Below the pieces are notes generated by a model, which saw nothing but the letters and a program-made list of their open reading frames with translations, was not told where the DNA came from and searched no databases. Below are positions 36,667 through 46,519 of a stretch of 64,000 bases of DNA, in pieces; position 1 is the first letter of the stretch, and each line of letters starts with the position of its first letter. This DNA is from Polyangiaceae bacterium. GTDB taxonomy: Bacteria > Myxococcota_A > Polyangia > Polyangiales > Polyangiaceae. A program made the translations under genes and the position numbers. Location of the stretch: assembly GCA_965222375.1 (NCBI GenBank), contig CBDCTZ010000011.1:64001-128000 (forward strand), written 5' to 3'.

Positions 36667-38874
36667 ATGCGAATCGTTCTCGTGCTCGACCCGCCGGCAC
36701 AATCCGAAGCGGCAGCGGACTATCTGCGCCAAGCCCTGAGTCGAGGTTCGCCCTCGGTCGTCACGTTGCCGGCAATTGACCCCATGGCTCGCGCTCTGGC
36801 CAACGGCTTCGAAGAGCACGAGCCGGGTGAGGACGGATTCATCGTCCTGGCTCGGGCGGGCACCGGGCGACTGAGCCAAAAGGACTGGGACGATCTGGGG
36901 CTCGCGGAGAAAGCCAGGCGGCTGCAACCCGTGGAAGACCCCGCAGTAGAAGCCGCCATCGCTGAGGGGGCGCAGCACCTCGAAAGTGGGGACCTCGAAC
37001 AGGCCCATCGGTCCTACGCCTTCGCAGACTCCTTGCTCTCTTGGGAGCATGGACCGCGACGCGCTGAGGTGCTGGTTTGCCTCGCGAGCATCGAGGCAGA
37101 GCGAGACAACCCGGAGCAAGCGGCGAGTTTGCTCGATCGCGCTCTGGCGATCTTCCCGGATCACCAGACAGCGTTGAAGCGCCGCATCGAGCTTGCACGA
37201 GGGTCTGCCGATGGAGCGACGGCCGCCGCGCTTCGCCGTCGATTGCTGCGACGAGCCGATACGGACGAAGAGCGCGCGTCGCTGCTGTCGTCCATTGCCG
37301 ACGAATCCCTCCACGCGACAACCGAGTCCCTCGAGCGCGCCTTGGAGCTTCGGCCCAAGGATCCACGTCTGCTCGAGCGCTTGCAGGCGAGCTTGGAAGC
37401 GGCAGGGCGTTGGCGAGAGGCAGTGGACACCAAGGTCGCGCTCACGGAGACCATCGAGAGCCCGAGGGACCGAGCGAGGTCTTTCACTGCCGCCGCGGGC
37501 ATGTGCGCGCGGCGCACCCAGGACGTCGCGCGCGCTGTGGCGCTGTACGAGGCTGCGATAGCCGACGACCCGTCCGCTCCTGGCGCCTTCGAAGCCATCG
37601 AGGCCGTGCTGATCAAGAATGCGGACTACAGCGGCGTGGCGCTCGCCTATGAGCGCCAGCTGGAGCGACTCGCGGGGTGCGGGCAAACTGAGGCCGAGTG
37701 TGGTCTGCTCGACCGGCTTGCCAACGTGCACGTGGAGCACCTGGGCGATGTGCACACGGCCATTCTGACCCTGGATCGACTCGTCAAACTCGACCCCGAA
37801 AATGTCGAGTCCCGGGCGCGATTGGCTGCGCTTCTCGAGCAAACCAACGAGCCCGAGTTGGCGGCGCGCTGTCTGGCGAACTCCGCGACCTGGGGTCCAA
37901 CCCGCGCGGCCACTTTTCGAGAGCTTCATCGCATCACAGCTGGGCTCGGTGACCTGGATCGTAGCTACGCGGCCTGCGCGGTCTTGGTGCACCTGGGGGA
38001 AGCCGACCAATCCGAGCAGGAAGTCTATCGGCGCTTCGCTCCAGAGACGACTCCGCGCCCCCAAGCCGCCATGGAGCCCAGTGGTTGGGCTGAGCTTCAC
38101 GTGTCGGAGCACGACGAGGCGGTGTCTCACCTCGTGCATGCGATTGCGCCTGCTGCCATCGACTTCCGAATGGAGCAATTGCACACTGCCAAATTGCTGC
38201 CGGACCTGAGCCACGCTGAGCGGCATGACGTCGAGAAGACCACGCTGACCGCCGTGCGCACGGTCGCTTGGGCGTGCGCGGTGCTCGGCCTGGACGTGCC
38301 AGCCGTCTACGCGCAGAAGGAGGACCTCCCGGGCGGCATCGTTGCGCTGCCGCTGCCGCAGCCAACGATCTTGCTCGGCAAGTCCTTGCTCAGCGGGCGC
38401 TCGGTCCCGGAGCTGGCCTTCACCATCGCGCGGGCTCTGTCCGCTCAACATCTGACGCAGCGCCTGTTGACGTTCTATCCGAGCCCGCAAGATTTCAAGT
38501 TGCTACTGCTTGCGGCGATCGCTCAGGTCCTACCTTCCAGCTTGCCTTCGAACGCCATCGCATTGCGCGACTTGCTTGCCGCCAAGCTCGGGGCGGAACA
38601 GCGCAAGGAGGTGGAGCAGGCGGTGGAAGCGCTGCAAGCTCGTGATGGCCGCTTCGATCTCACCGCCTGGACCCGCGCCATCGAGATGGCGGCGTGTCGC
38701 GCGGGGCTGCTGGCGTGTGGCGACATTACGGCGGCGGCCCGAATGCTCGCCGTGGATGGCCGTGTCATCGGCGGCTTGTCCGCTGCTGGGCGCATCCGCG
38801 ATCTGATCCCCTTTTCCGTCTCGGAGAAGTACGCTGGCCTGCGTCGCGGGATCGGGATCGGGGTGACGGAGTGA
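36667..38874 (+). CDS. TPR-repeat protein with C-terminal M48-like domain lacking HExxH
   Basis: Repeated TPR-like helices (LERALELRP, LYEAAIADDP, LVKLDPEN); C-terminal ELAFTIARAL and ACRAGLLACGD. Confidence 0.82.
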   Translation: MRIVLVLDPPAQSEAAADYLRQALSRGSPSVVTLPAIDPMARALANGFEEHEPGEDGFIVLARAGTGRLSQKDWDDLGLAEKARRLQPVEDPAVEAAIAEGAQHLESGDLEQAHRSYAFADSLLSWEHGPRRAEVLVCLASIEAERDNPEQAASLLDRALAIFPDHQTALKRRIELARGSADGATAAALRRRLLRRADTDEERASLLSSIADESLHATTESLERALELRPKDPRLLERLQASLEAAGRWREAVDTKVALTETIESPRDRARSFTAAAGMCARRTQDVARAVALYEAAIADDPSAPGAFEAIEAVLIKNADYSGVALAYERQLERLAGCGQTEAECGLLDRLANVHVEHLGDVHTAILTLDRLVKLDPENVESRARLAALLEQTNEPELAARCLANSATWGPTRAATFRELHRITAGLGDLDRSYAACAVLVHLGEADQSEQEVYRRFAPETTPRPQAAMEPSGWAELHVSEHDEAVSHLVHAIAPAAIDFRMEQLHTAKLLPDLSHAERHDVEKTTLTAVRTVAWACAVLGLDVPAVYAQKEDLPGGIVALPLPQPTILLGKSLLSGRSVPELAFTIARALSAQHLTQRLLTFYPSPQDFKLLLLAAIAQVLPSSLPSNAIALRDLLAAKLGAEQRKEVEQAVEALQARDGRFDLTAWTRAIEMAACRAGLLACGDITAAARMLAVDGRVIGGLSAAGRIRDLIPFSVSEKYAGLRRGIGIGVTE

Positions 38875-39533
38875 CGCGGCGCGTGCGCTGCCTCGGACTC
38901 ATTGGTGACGTTCATTGCGAGCACGCGCGACTCGCCGCCAGCCTCGCGTTCTTCCGCCAGCGTGGGGTCGATGGGATTTGCGCCGTGGGCGACATCGTGG
39001 ACGGTTACGGCGATCCCGACCGCTGTGTCGAGTTGCTTGCCGAGCACGACGTGACGGCCGTTGCTGGCAATCACGAGCGCTGGCTTCTGACTGGCGTGAT
39101 GCGGGAGCTCGACGACGCCACCTCCCAGAACGATTTATCGCTCGAGAGTCGCCAGTGGCTGTCCTCCCTCCCGCGCACACGCCACCTTTCAACGGTCCTC
39201 GGCTCTGTCTTGCTGTGCCACGGTCTAGGCGAGGACGACATGAAGGGGGTGCGGCCAGAAGACTATGGATACGCGTTGGAGACGAATGATGCGCTCAGCC
39301 TGCTCATTCAGCGAGGTGAACGTCTCGTGATCAACGGCCACACCCACCGCCGCATGGTGCGCACCATCAGTGGCCTGACGATCATCAACGCTGGTACCCT
39401 GGCCCGAGGTTGGGGGCCTTGCATTGGAGTTCTCGACCTGAACGAGCCCTCGGTTTCTTTCTACGATGTCGACGAAGGAGGCGAGATCAAGGTCGAGTCG
39501 AATCACTCGCTGCCCCGACTCCAGACGGCCTAG
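38871..39533 (+). CDS. YfcE-like metallophosphoesterase
   Basis: GDVH, GDIVDGY, GNHE, CHG, GHTH, INAG; GTGA overlap with the upstream stop. Confidence 0.9.
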   Translation: MTRRVRCLGLIGDVHCEHARLAASLAFFRQRGVDGICAVGDIVDGYGDPDRCVELLAEHDVTAVAGNHERWLLTGVMRELDDATSQNDLSLESRQWLSSLPRTRHLSTVLGSVLLCHGLGEDDMKGVRPEDYGYALETNDALSLLIQRGERLVINGHTHRRMVRTISGLTIINAGTLARGWGPCIGVLDLNEPSVSFYDVDEGGEIKVESNHSLPRLQTA

Positions 39534-39649
39534 ACGGGAGGGGTTCTGCGCTGCTCGCAAGTCACCTGCGCCTCGCGCCGTGCTGGCACGACCCTCGCAG
39601 GGGTCCCCTCCTGCGCGATGTCGCGCTCTGCCTTTTCCGTCCATTGTCG

Positions 39650-40951
39650 ATGCGAATTCAAAAACTGTGGTCCGCTGCAGCGGACCGGTGGTCTGGTGTG
39701 GCGTACCGCGTCGCCCTGATGGTCGGCCTTGCAAGCCTTGGCGCCTGCTCGCTGTTGGCGCCCTCGGACTCGGAGTTGCTCGGCGGGGAGGGCGGGGATG
39801 ACGCAGGCTACGGCGGGTTGAGTGGCGCTGGCGGGAGTGCAGGCGCACCGGGTGGCACGGGCAGCACGACCACAGGTGGCGTCGGTGGCACCGCTACCGG
39901 AGGGGTTGGCGGTGCGGCGGCGGGCGGAGCGGGCGGCGCGGCAACCGGCGGCTCGGCTGGTGCTTCCAGCGGCGGAGCTGCAGGTGTCGCGGGCGGAAGC
40001 GGGGGCTCGGCTGGAGGCGAGAACTGCACGGATAGTGTGGACAACGACAACGACAATCTCGTCGACTGCTCAGATCCCGACTGTCAGGCAGCCGGCTACA
40101 AATGCATTCCTGAGCTGCCGAGTGGCTGGTCCACGCTTTCGGTTTACGCGACTGGCAGCAAGCCTGCGCCGTGTGGCGGAGACTACTCCAGCACCCAGTT
40201 CGATGGTGGGCAAAGCGTGAGCGCGGCACCCGCTAGCTGTAGCTCTTGCAGCTGCGCACCTGCCAAGGGTCAGGTGTGCAACAAGAGCAACATCCAGATC
40301 AAATACTACTCGTCAGCCACCTCGTGCTCCACGGCCACGAGCTGGTTCTTTCAGGTTTCGCCAGGCTGCAATGAGTTGACGCTGCCGCACAGTGGCGGGG
40401 CCAAACCGCGGAGCGCGCGGTTGACGTTCCTCAGCGCAGCGTCTGGCGGGGGCTGCGCGCCGCAGGGTGGCACCCCAACCCGCCCGGCCGTCACGTGGTC
40501 TGGCGCAGAGCGAGTTTGCCAGGCACCGAAGCTTGGCGCGGGCTGCGGCACCGGCACCGTGTGCGCGCCTCCGCCACCGTCGTCATTCCAAGCCAAATAT
40601 TGCACTGCCAAGCTCGGTTCTCACGCTTGTCCCTCGAGCTACTCCAACAAGCACACCCTCTACACGAGCGTGAATGACACCCGTGGCTGCACGACGTGTT
40701 CTTGTGGCAGTCCCTCCCCGGGGACCTGTACGGGCGTATTCGAAGACCACCTCGGATCTGGCTGTGGTGGGAAGGCGACCAAGTTCACTACAACCTGTAC
40801 GCCAGTTCCGGAGTCGTCCGCATCCGGAAGTGAAGTGCGTTCGGTCAGCGTGAGCGGGATTGTCGGCGGCGGCGGAACATGCCCGCCCTCTTCGACTTCT
40901 CCGTCCGGCTCGGTCACGAAGAGCGGACTGGCCACCGTTTGCTGTCAGTGA
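39650..40951 (+). CDS. Cys-rich lipoprotein
   Basis: LGAC lipobox, Gly linker, ENCTDSVDNDNDNLVDCSDPDC Ca-binding-like module, repeated CxxCSC modules, ends TVCCQ. Confidence 0.82.
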   Translation: MRIQKLWSAAADRWSGVAYRVALMVGLASLGACSLLAPSDSELLGGEGGDDAGYGGLSGAGGSAGAPGGTGSTTTGGVGGTATGGVGGAAAGGAGGAATGGSAGASSGGAAGVAGGSGGSAGGENCTDSVDNDNDNLVDCSDPDCQAAGYKCIPELPSGWSTLSVYATGSKPAPCGGDYSSTQFDGGQSVSAAPASCSSCSCAPAKGQVCNKSNIQIKYYSSATSCSTATSWFFQVSPGCNELTLPHSGGAKPRSARLTFLSAASGGGCAPQGGTPTRPAVTWSGAERVCQAPKLGAGCGTGTVCAPPPPSSFQAKYCTAKLGSHACPSSYSNKHTLYTSVNDTRGCTTCSCGSPSPGTCTGVFEDHLGSGCGGKATKFTTTCTPVPESSASGSEVRSVSVSGIVGGGGTCPPSSTSPSGSVTKSGLATVCCQ

Positions 40952-41110
40952 CCCCGCGCTCTGCGCGCTGCCGCAAGCCTAGACTGGAAAGCACTCCTCG
41001 AAGCGCTTGAGTTGTCGGCAATGCGGATGGTTGCTTCGAGGCGAACCCCGCGTCGCTCCTAGGCCGCAACGATGCGCCCGGCTCGCTTGGTGACCGGCTG
41101 CGATACCGCG

Positions 41111-41929
41111 CTAACGCGCGATGGTTGTCGGCGACTTTGGTCCGACGGGAGAGTCTGGAGCGCGTTTCGGCAACGTGTCAGCGGGCATCAGCGAGTGATA
41201 GATCGCGTCCGGACCGTCGTTGCGTACGAAGACGGAAGTCCAGCGGCCGTCTTCCTTGCGGAAGAACAAGACCCAGACGTTGTAGCTCTCGACCGCTTTC
41301 TCATCGACCTTCACCCAGAGTTCCACTGCCACTGCGTCGCTACGCCGATAGCTGGATACGGCTCGCAACTCCGGCAAGAGTTCGCCACGGGTGAGCTCAG
41401 AGGCTGCGAGGGGGGTCATGACCTTGGCGTTTCGGGCTGCAAGCCGACCGAGGCGCAACAGCGTTCCATCTAGAGTGACGACCAGGTGTGTGTTGCCACT
41501 CGACACTATTGGGCGCTTTCCGAGGCTTTCATTCGTCATCCGGTGGGCATCGATATCGTCCAAGCGGTCGGCCAGGGCATCGACAACGGCGCGCGCTCCA
41601 GCGCCACTGAGGGTTGGCGCCGGTACGATCACCGGCCAGAGCTCGTTGACGCCTCGCCGTTTGCCAAAGGCTATTTGGCACGTCGTTTTCCCGTCGCGCC
41701 ACTTGCGGCAGCGGTGAAGAGCGAAGTGCTCGCCGTCGTCGGAGTACGCCACTGCCTTCGGGCTGCGCAGCATGCCTCGCGCAAGCGTCTCGGAGTCGTG
41801 GAGATCGTGGCCCGAAGAATCGATGACCGGATCCTCGTAGGCGCGCCAAGGGTCGAAACATCCGACCTGAGTCGCGGCGAAGACGGTGAAAAGCGCCGCT
41901 GCAGCAGCTGGTGCCCCGAGTCTGCTCAT
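41111..41929 (-). CDS. hypothetical lipoprotein
   Basis: MSRLGAPAAAAALFTVFAATQVGC lipobox. Confidence 0.7.
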   Translation of the reverse strand: MSRLGAPAAAAALFTVFAATQVGCFDPWRAYEDPVIDSSGHDLHDSETLARGMLRSPKAVAYSDDGEHFALHRCRKWRDGKTTCQIAFGKRRGVNELWPVIVPAPTLSGAGARAVVDALADRLDDIDAHRMTNESLGKRPIVSSGNTHLVVTLDGTLLRLGRLAARNAKVMTPLAASELTRGELLPELRAVSSYRRSDAVAVELWVKVDEKAVESYNVWVLFFRKEDGRWTSVFVRNDGPDAIYHSLMPADTLPKRAPDSPVGPKSPTTIAR

Positions 41930-42243
41930 TACCGAGTTTCCAACACCCACCTGATGATGGACCTTACACTCGTTGGCTGAACCGCGACCAAGTTCGTCGA
42001 GCGGGGCGGTCTGCCCCGCAAATGGCCTCCGAGCTCGACGGACGCCCGGGCAGGGTGCGAAGAAGTCCTCTGTTCGCATCCGTCGGATTGTGACTCAGGT
42101 GACGATTGCCTTCCGTTTACCTTCCTGGGGCCGGATGTGAATTTTTGCTTCTGAGCTCTGTCGTTGCAGGCCCGCACGCCAAACAGCAGGTGCTCTTCTT
42201 TTCTTGGAGGGCGTGGCGCCCGCGAATCCACTATGCTTGATGG

Positions 42244-43398
42244 GTGCGGAAGGGCTTTTGGGCTGCTGCCAGCGTCATAGCGCTTGGGGGATGCAACGCA
42301 TTCAACGGCGCCGAGGACCTGCTCGTAGATGCAGCTGACGGTTCCGTCGACGGCGGTGGCACCGGTAGTTTTGGCCTAGCTGATGGGAGTTTCGCTACCG
42401 GTGCACAGGGTGGCGCGGGTACAGGAGGTGGTAGCGACGCCGCCGCTGGCGCTGGCGGCGGTACTGGCGCGACTTCGGGTACGGGCGCAGGCACGGCAAC
42501 GGGTGCTTCCACGGGCAGTGGAGGAACGCCGAGTACGGGTGGAAGCCCAGGTATTGGTGGGACGCCGAGCACGGGTGGAAGCCCAGGTACTGGTGGGACG
42601 CCGCCTCAGTGTTTCGGCAACGGTGACTGCAACGACAACAACGTGTGCACCACGAATACGTGCACCGGTGGCACGTGCGTCAAGTCGAACGTGCCGAATG
42701 GGACCTCGTGCAGCGATGGTGACTTCTGCAACGGTGACGAAACCTGCCAGAGCGGCAACTGCAAGTCGAGTGGAACCCCCGGCTCGTTTACGCAGTGCGG
42801 TGCCAACTGTCCAACCAACTACTACGCTTCTTCGATCAGCTGCAGCAGTATCTGCGGAGGCAGCGCCCGAGCGCAGTGCATCGCGGCGTGCTCGAACTCG
42901 ATGAGCGCGTGCAACTCGTGTCCCAGCGGGTACTACCCGTCTTCGAGTTCTTGCACTTCGCTGTGCGCCAATTGCCCAAGCAGCACCGGGACCCGCAATT
43001 CGTGCATCAAGATCGGCGGAAACTCGTTTTCGTCGTGCATCTCGTGTCCCAGCGGCTACTACGCTTCCTCGAGCTCCTGCACGTCGCTGTGTGGTCAATG
43101 CGGTAGCAACACGGGCCCACGCAAGTCCTGTATCGCGATCAGCGGAAACTCGTTTTCCGCCTGCGGCAGTTGCCCGAGTGGGTACTATGCTTCATCGAGT
43201 TCGTGCACGTCGCTGTGTGCTACGTGCCCCAGCAACACTGGGACTCGCAAGTCGTGCATCAAGATCAGCGGGAGCTCGTTTTCCGCCTGCGGTTCGAGTT
43301 GCCCTCCCGGGTACCACTCCACATCGCAGAGCTCTACTTCGCTGTGCGCTACCTGCGGAAGCAACACGGGTACGCGGCTGACCTGCGTGAAGAACTGA
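42244..43398 (+). CDS. Ser/Cys-rich tandem-repeat lipoprotein
   Basis: LGGC lipobox, Gly/Thr linker, CNDNNVCT module, five ~42-aa repeats SFSxCxSCPSGYYASSSSCTSLCxxCxSNTGxRKSCI. Confidence 0.85.
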   Translation: MRKGFWAAASVIALGGCNAFNGAEDLLVDAADGSVDGGGTGSFGLADGSFATGAQGGAGTGGGSDAAAGAGGGTGATSGTGAGTATGASTGSGGTPSTGGSPGIGGTPSTGGSPGTGGTPPQCFGNGDCNDNNVCTTNTCTGGTCVKSNVPNGTSCSDGDFCNGDETCQSGNCKSSGTPGSFTQCGANCPTNYYASSISCSSICGGSARAQCIAACSNSMSACNSCPSGYYPSSSSCTSLCANCPSSTGTRNSCIKIGGNSFSSCISCPSGYYASSSSCTSLCGQCGSNTGPRKSCIAISGNSFSACGSCPSGYYASSSSCTSLCATCPSNTGTRKSCIKISGSSFSACGSSCPPGYHSTSQSSTSLCATCGSNTGTRLTCVKN

Positions 43399-43436
43399 CG
43401 GTTCAAACCAGGCGCGATACAGGTTGGCAAGCGCGT

Positions 43437-43862
43437 CTAGCCAGGCGGCAGAGCTTGCTGTTCGGCCTGCCAAGCGCTGAAGTCGTACGTTCTCAAGATC
43501 TGCACCTTGCATGTTGACGCAGCTCCCTCCACGGCGTCGTGAAGGGTGCGGCTTGGGATGCCTGCCTGGTTCGCCTTCAGGATCACATCGAGCACGTCGC
43601 CCTTGCCTGGGATGACGCCAAACCCGGCGCCCTCGAGTCGGCGGGTAATGCAGTCTCGTGACTGCGGGTTGGGTGCAGCGACGCGAAACGCGTGACCACT
43701 GTGCTCCCCAGGCCCATCGCTCTCGACGGGCTTGGTGGCATCGTGTTTGTACACGGCGTAAGCCACGCCACCAGCGAGCAAGATAGAGACCACGATGTAT
43801 ATCCCTTTGAACCGACGTCCCTCGCCGGGGGTGCTGGGAGGCTCGCCGATGGGCAACCGCAT
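43437..43862 (-). CDS. hypothetical single-TM protein
   Basis: TM segment IYIVVSILLAGGVAYAVY followed by a small globular domain. Confidence 0.65.
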   Translation of the reverse strand: MRLPIGEPPSTPGEGRRFKGIYIVVSILLAGGVAYAVYKHDATKPVESDGPGEHSGHAFRVAAPNPQSRDCITRRLEGAGFGVIPGKGDVLDVILKANQAGIPSRTLHDAVEGAASTCKVQILRTYDFSAWQAEQQALPPG

Positions 43863-44124
43863 CAGCCAACGATAGCCTAGAATGACCAGCCACACTTGCC
43901 GTGCGCTTCGGCGTGATGGCGCGCGTGGCGCGACACGTAGACGTTCCGGTGGGTCAAGCGTCACGATGTCGGCTTCGAAAGCGCCGAGCTGACCCCTCGA
44001 GTTGGGCCAGTCGACCGCAAAACGTGCGCGCGATCGGTCAACACGCTCATGCTACGGTTGGCTCGCGGGAGGGACAGGTCGTCACCCCACTCTGTCGACT
44101 CCCCTCTGCTGAGGACCAGGTCCG

Positions 44125-45012
44125 ATGAGCGAACTTGATAACATCTTGGTTGGCATCGATTTCTCAGATGGTTGCCGTGCAGCTCTCAAGCAAGGTGTTC
44201 GGTTAGCAAGTGCTAATCAGGCGAAGCTGCACCTCTTTCACGTCATCGACGACCACGTCGTTCAACAGCTGCTGGCGTTGCTGCCAGGGAAGTCGAGCTC
44301 CGTGCGAGAGCAAGTTCTGGACGATGCGCGCAACCACCTGGCGGAGTGGGCTGGAAAGGTCGCACCCACGGCCGAGTTTGCGAGTATGTCCGTCGATGCA
44401 GGACGACCCGAGCGGTTGACCGTTCAAAAAGTGGAAGAGGTGTCTGCGGATCTCTTGATTGTCGGCATCAAGAGCTCGACCATCGGGTTCGGGGCCGGAT
44501 CCGTTGCCCGGAAAGCGATTCAGAGGGCCCCCACGCGAGTGCTCTTGGTGCACCCCGACAAGGATGACGCGTTCGGATGCGTACTGGTCGGCGTGGATTT
44601 CTCGGAAACTTCCAAGCTTGCCGCGGAGCAAGCTGCGCCGATCGCCTCGAAGGATGGTGCATCGCTACATCTAGTTCATGTTTTCCGTCCTCCGTGGAAG
44701 GTGTTGCACTATCGCGCACCCTCGGTCGGGACGTCCCCAGATTTTCAGCGCCAGTACAGGGACGCTCTGACCTACCGGCTGAAGGGTTTCACAAGTGGGG
44801 TGAGCGGCGAACCCGCGTGCCATTTGCACGAGGGGATGAACTACGGCAGCGGCATCCTCGAATGCGCGCAAGAACTAGGGGCTGACCTGGTCGTCGTAGG
44901 CACCCAAGGCCATACCAATCTGCGCCAGGTGATTCTGGGGAGCACAGCAGACCAGGTCCTTCGTGAGACCGACCTCAGCGTGCTCGCGATCAAACCCTCC
45001 GACGCGGAGTAG
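44125..45012 (+). CDS. tandem-domain universal stress protein
   Basis: ILVGIDFS and VLVGVDFS starts; ADLVVVGTQG...LGSTADQVL. Confidence 0.92.
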   Translation: MSELDNILVGIDFSDGCRAALKQGVRLASANQAKLHLFHVIDDHVVQQLLALLPGKSSSVREQVLDDARNHLAEWAGKVAPTAEFASMSVDAGRPERLTVQKVEEVSADLLIVGIKSSTIGFGAGSVARKAIQRAPTRVLLVHPDKDDAFGCVLVGVDFSETSKLAAEQAAPIASKDGASLHLVHVFRPPWKVLHYRAPSVGTSPDFQRQYRDALTYRLKGFTSGVSGEPACHLHEGMNYGSGILECAQELGADLVVVGTQGHTNLRQVILGSTADQVLRETDLSVLAIKPSDAE

Positions 45013-45154
45013 CTTCGTGTCCGGGGCCCGCCCTCGGTGGCGCCCTCCGACGCAGTCGTTGCGGAAAGGAAGGCTAGCTGGTGCAAGGCGTGCGCGCCTG
45101 GGCGTTCCAGAGTGAGCCAATCAAGCGGTCCAGTGTTTGCTAGCCAAAGCAACG

Positions 45155-46519
45155 ATGGCTGTACATCGCATTCGGCGCGGCCTCGACCTTCCGCTATCCG
45201 GAGCACCCCGCCCGGGAGCTCCAGAGGCGAAGCCCGTCGTCCGTGTCGGTGTAATGGCCGAGGACGTGCGCGGCGGAAAGCTGCGCGCTGTCGTGCAGCC
45301 GGATGACCGTGTTCAGCGCGGCATGCCGCTGCTGGAAGACCGACAGCGCAAGGGCTTGTACGTCACTGCGCCCGCGGGGGGCCGAGTCAGCGCTGTCTAT
45401 CGGGGCGACAAACGCCGCTTGCGCAGCGTGTGCGTGGAGATCGAGGATGACGACGCGCGCGGTTTCACGATCAATCGGGCCGCAGAGGACGGTGACGCAT
45501 TGCGCACTCTCCTCCTCGAGACGGGACTGTGGACCGCGCTGCGAGAGCGCCCCTTTGAGGGCACGCCAGATCCGGCGGGGGAGCCGCACGCGCTGTTCGT
45601 TACGGCGATCGACACCCAGCCCCACGCGCCGGGCCTGGACTCCACACTGTCGGGGCGCGAGGAAGACTTCGAGCGTGGACTTGCGGCCGTAACGCGGTTG
45701 ACGCGAGGCACGACGTTCGTTTGCGTTCGCGCCGGACAGCGCCCGCCCGTGGGCAATGCTGCCGTCTCCCTCGAAGAGTTCGAAGGGCCGCACCCCGCCG
45801 GGAACGTGGGGCTTCACATTCAGCTTCTCGCTCCGGTGCATCGTGGCAGAAGCGTGTGGCACATCGGCGCGCAAGACGTGGCGGCGATTGGATACTTGCT
45901 TGCCCACGGCACACTCGACCCAACCCGGGTCGTCTCCTTGGCCGGTCCAAGTGTCGTCGAGCCGCGTCTGCTCCGGTTGCGACTGGGCGCTAGCGTAGAT
46001 GATGCGGTTGCGGGCGAGCTGAGACCCGGCGAGCAACGGGTTGTGTCCGGATCGGTGCTCCACGGGCGGGTTGCTCGAGGCGATGTTGGAGGCTGGTTGG
46101 GCCGCCACCATCAGCAGATTGCCGCGTTGAGCGAAGACCGCGAACGTCACGCGTTGCAGTGGCTGCGTCCCGGGTTTGATCGCTACTCCTTCACTCCGGT
46201 TTTTGCCCAGTCGCTGCTCGCGCTACTGAGCCGATGGATGGGGAGACCGCCGACGGCGCGGAGTTTCACCACGTCACTGGCTGGTGGCCCGCGCGCGATT
46301 GTGCCCATCGGTGCCTATGAACGCGTGATGCCTTATGACGTGCTTCCCACTCACCTGCTGCGTGCCCTGAGCGTGGGGGACTTGGAGTGGGCGGAGCAGT
46401 TGGGCGCGCTCGAATTGAGTGAAGAGGACCTTGCGCTGTGCAGCTTCGTCTGCCCCGGGAAGGCCGACTACGGCGAACAGCTCCGTGCGGTGCTGGACGA
46501 ATTGGAGGCGGGAGCCTGA
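45155..46519 (+). CDS. nqrA: Na+-translocating NADH:quinone reductase subunit A
   Basis: IRRGLDLP, GPHPAGNVG, EEDLALCSFVCPGK; first gene of the operon. Confidence 0.93.
   Translation: MAVHRIRRGLDLPLSGAPRPGAPEAKPVVRVGVMAEDVRGGKLRAVVQPDDRVQRGMPLLEDRQRKGLYVTAPAGGRVSAVYRGDKRRLRSVCVEIEDDDARGFTINRAAEDGDALRTLLLETGLWTALRERPFEGTPDPAGEPHALFVTAIDTQPHAPGLDSTLSGREEDFERGLAAVTRLTRGTTFVCVRAGQRPPVGNAAVSLEEFEGPHPAGNVGLHIQLLAPVHRGRSVWHIGAQDVAAIGYLLAHGTLDPTRVVSLAGPSVVEPRLLRLRLGASVDDAVAGELRPGEQRVVSGSVLHGRVARGDVGGWLGRHHQQIAALSEDRERHALQWLRPGFDRYSFTPVFAQSLLALLSRWMGRPPTARSFTTSLAGGPRAIVPIGAYERVMPYDVLPTHLLRALSVGDLEWAEQLGALELSEEDLALCSFVCPGKADYGEQLRAVLDELEAGA

Noticed and set aside
36121..38490. 789-aa minus-strand ORF and other long antisense ORFs (e.g. 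8702..9967, 23302..24786, 25230..26741)
   Set aside because: Shadow or alternative frames of real genes in high-GC DNA; no motifs.
42001..42080. Intergenic hairpins (GCGGGGC...GCCCCGC) as ncRNA or terminator
   Set aside because: Short GC stems without a U-tract or recognisable RNA family.
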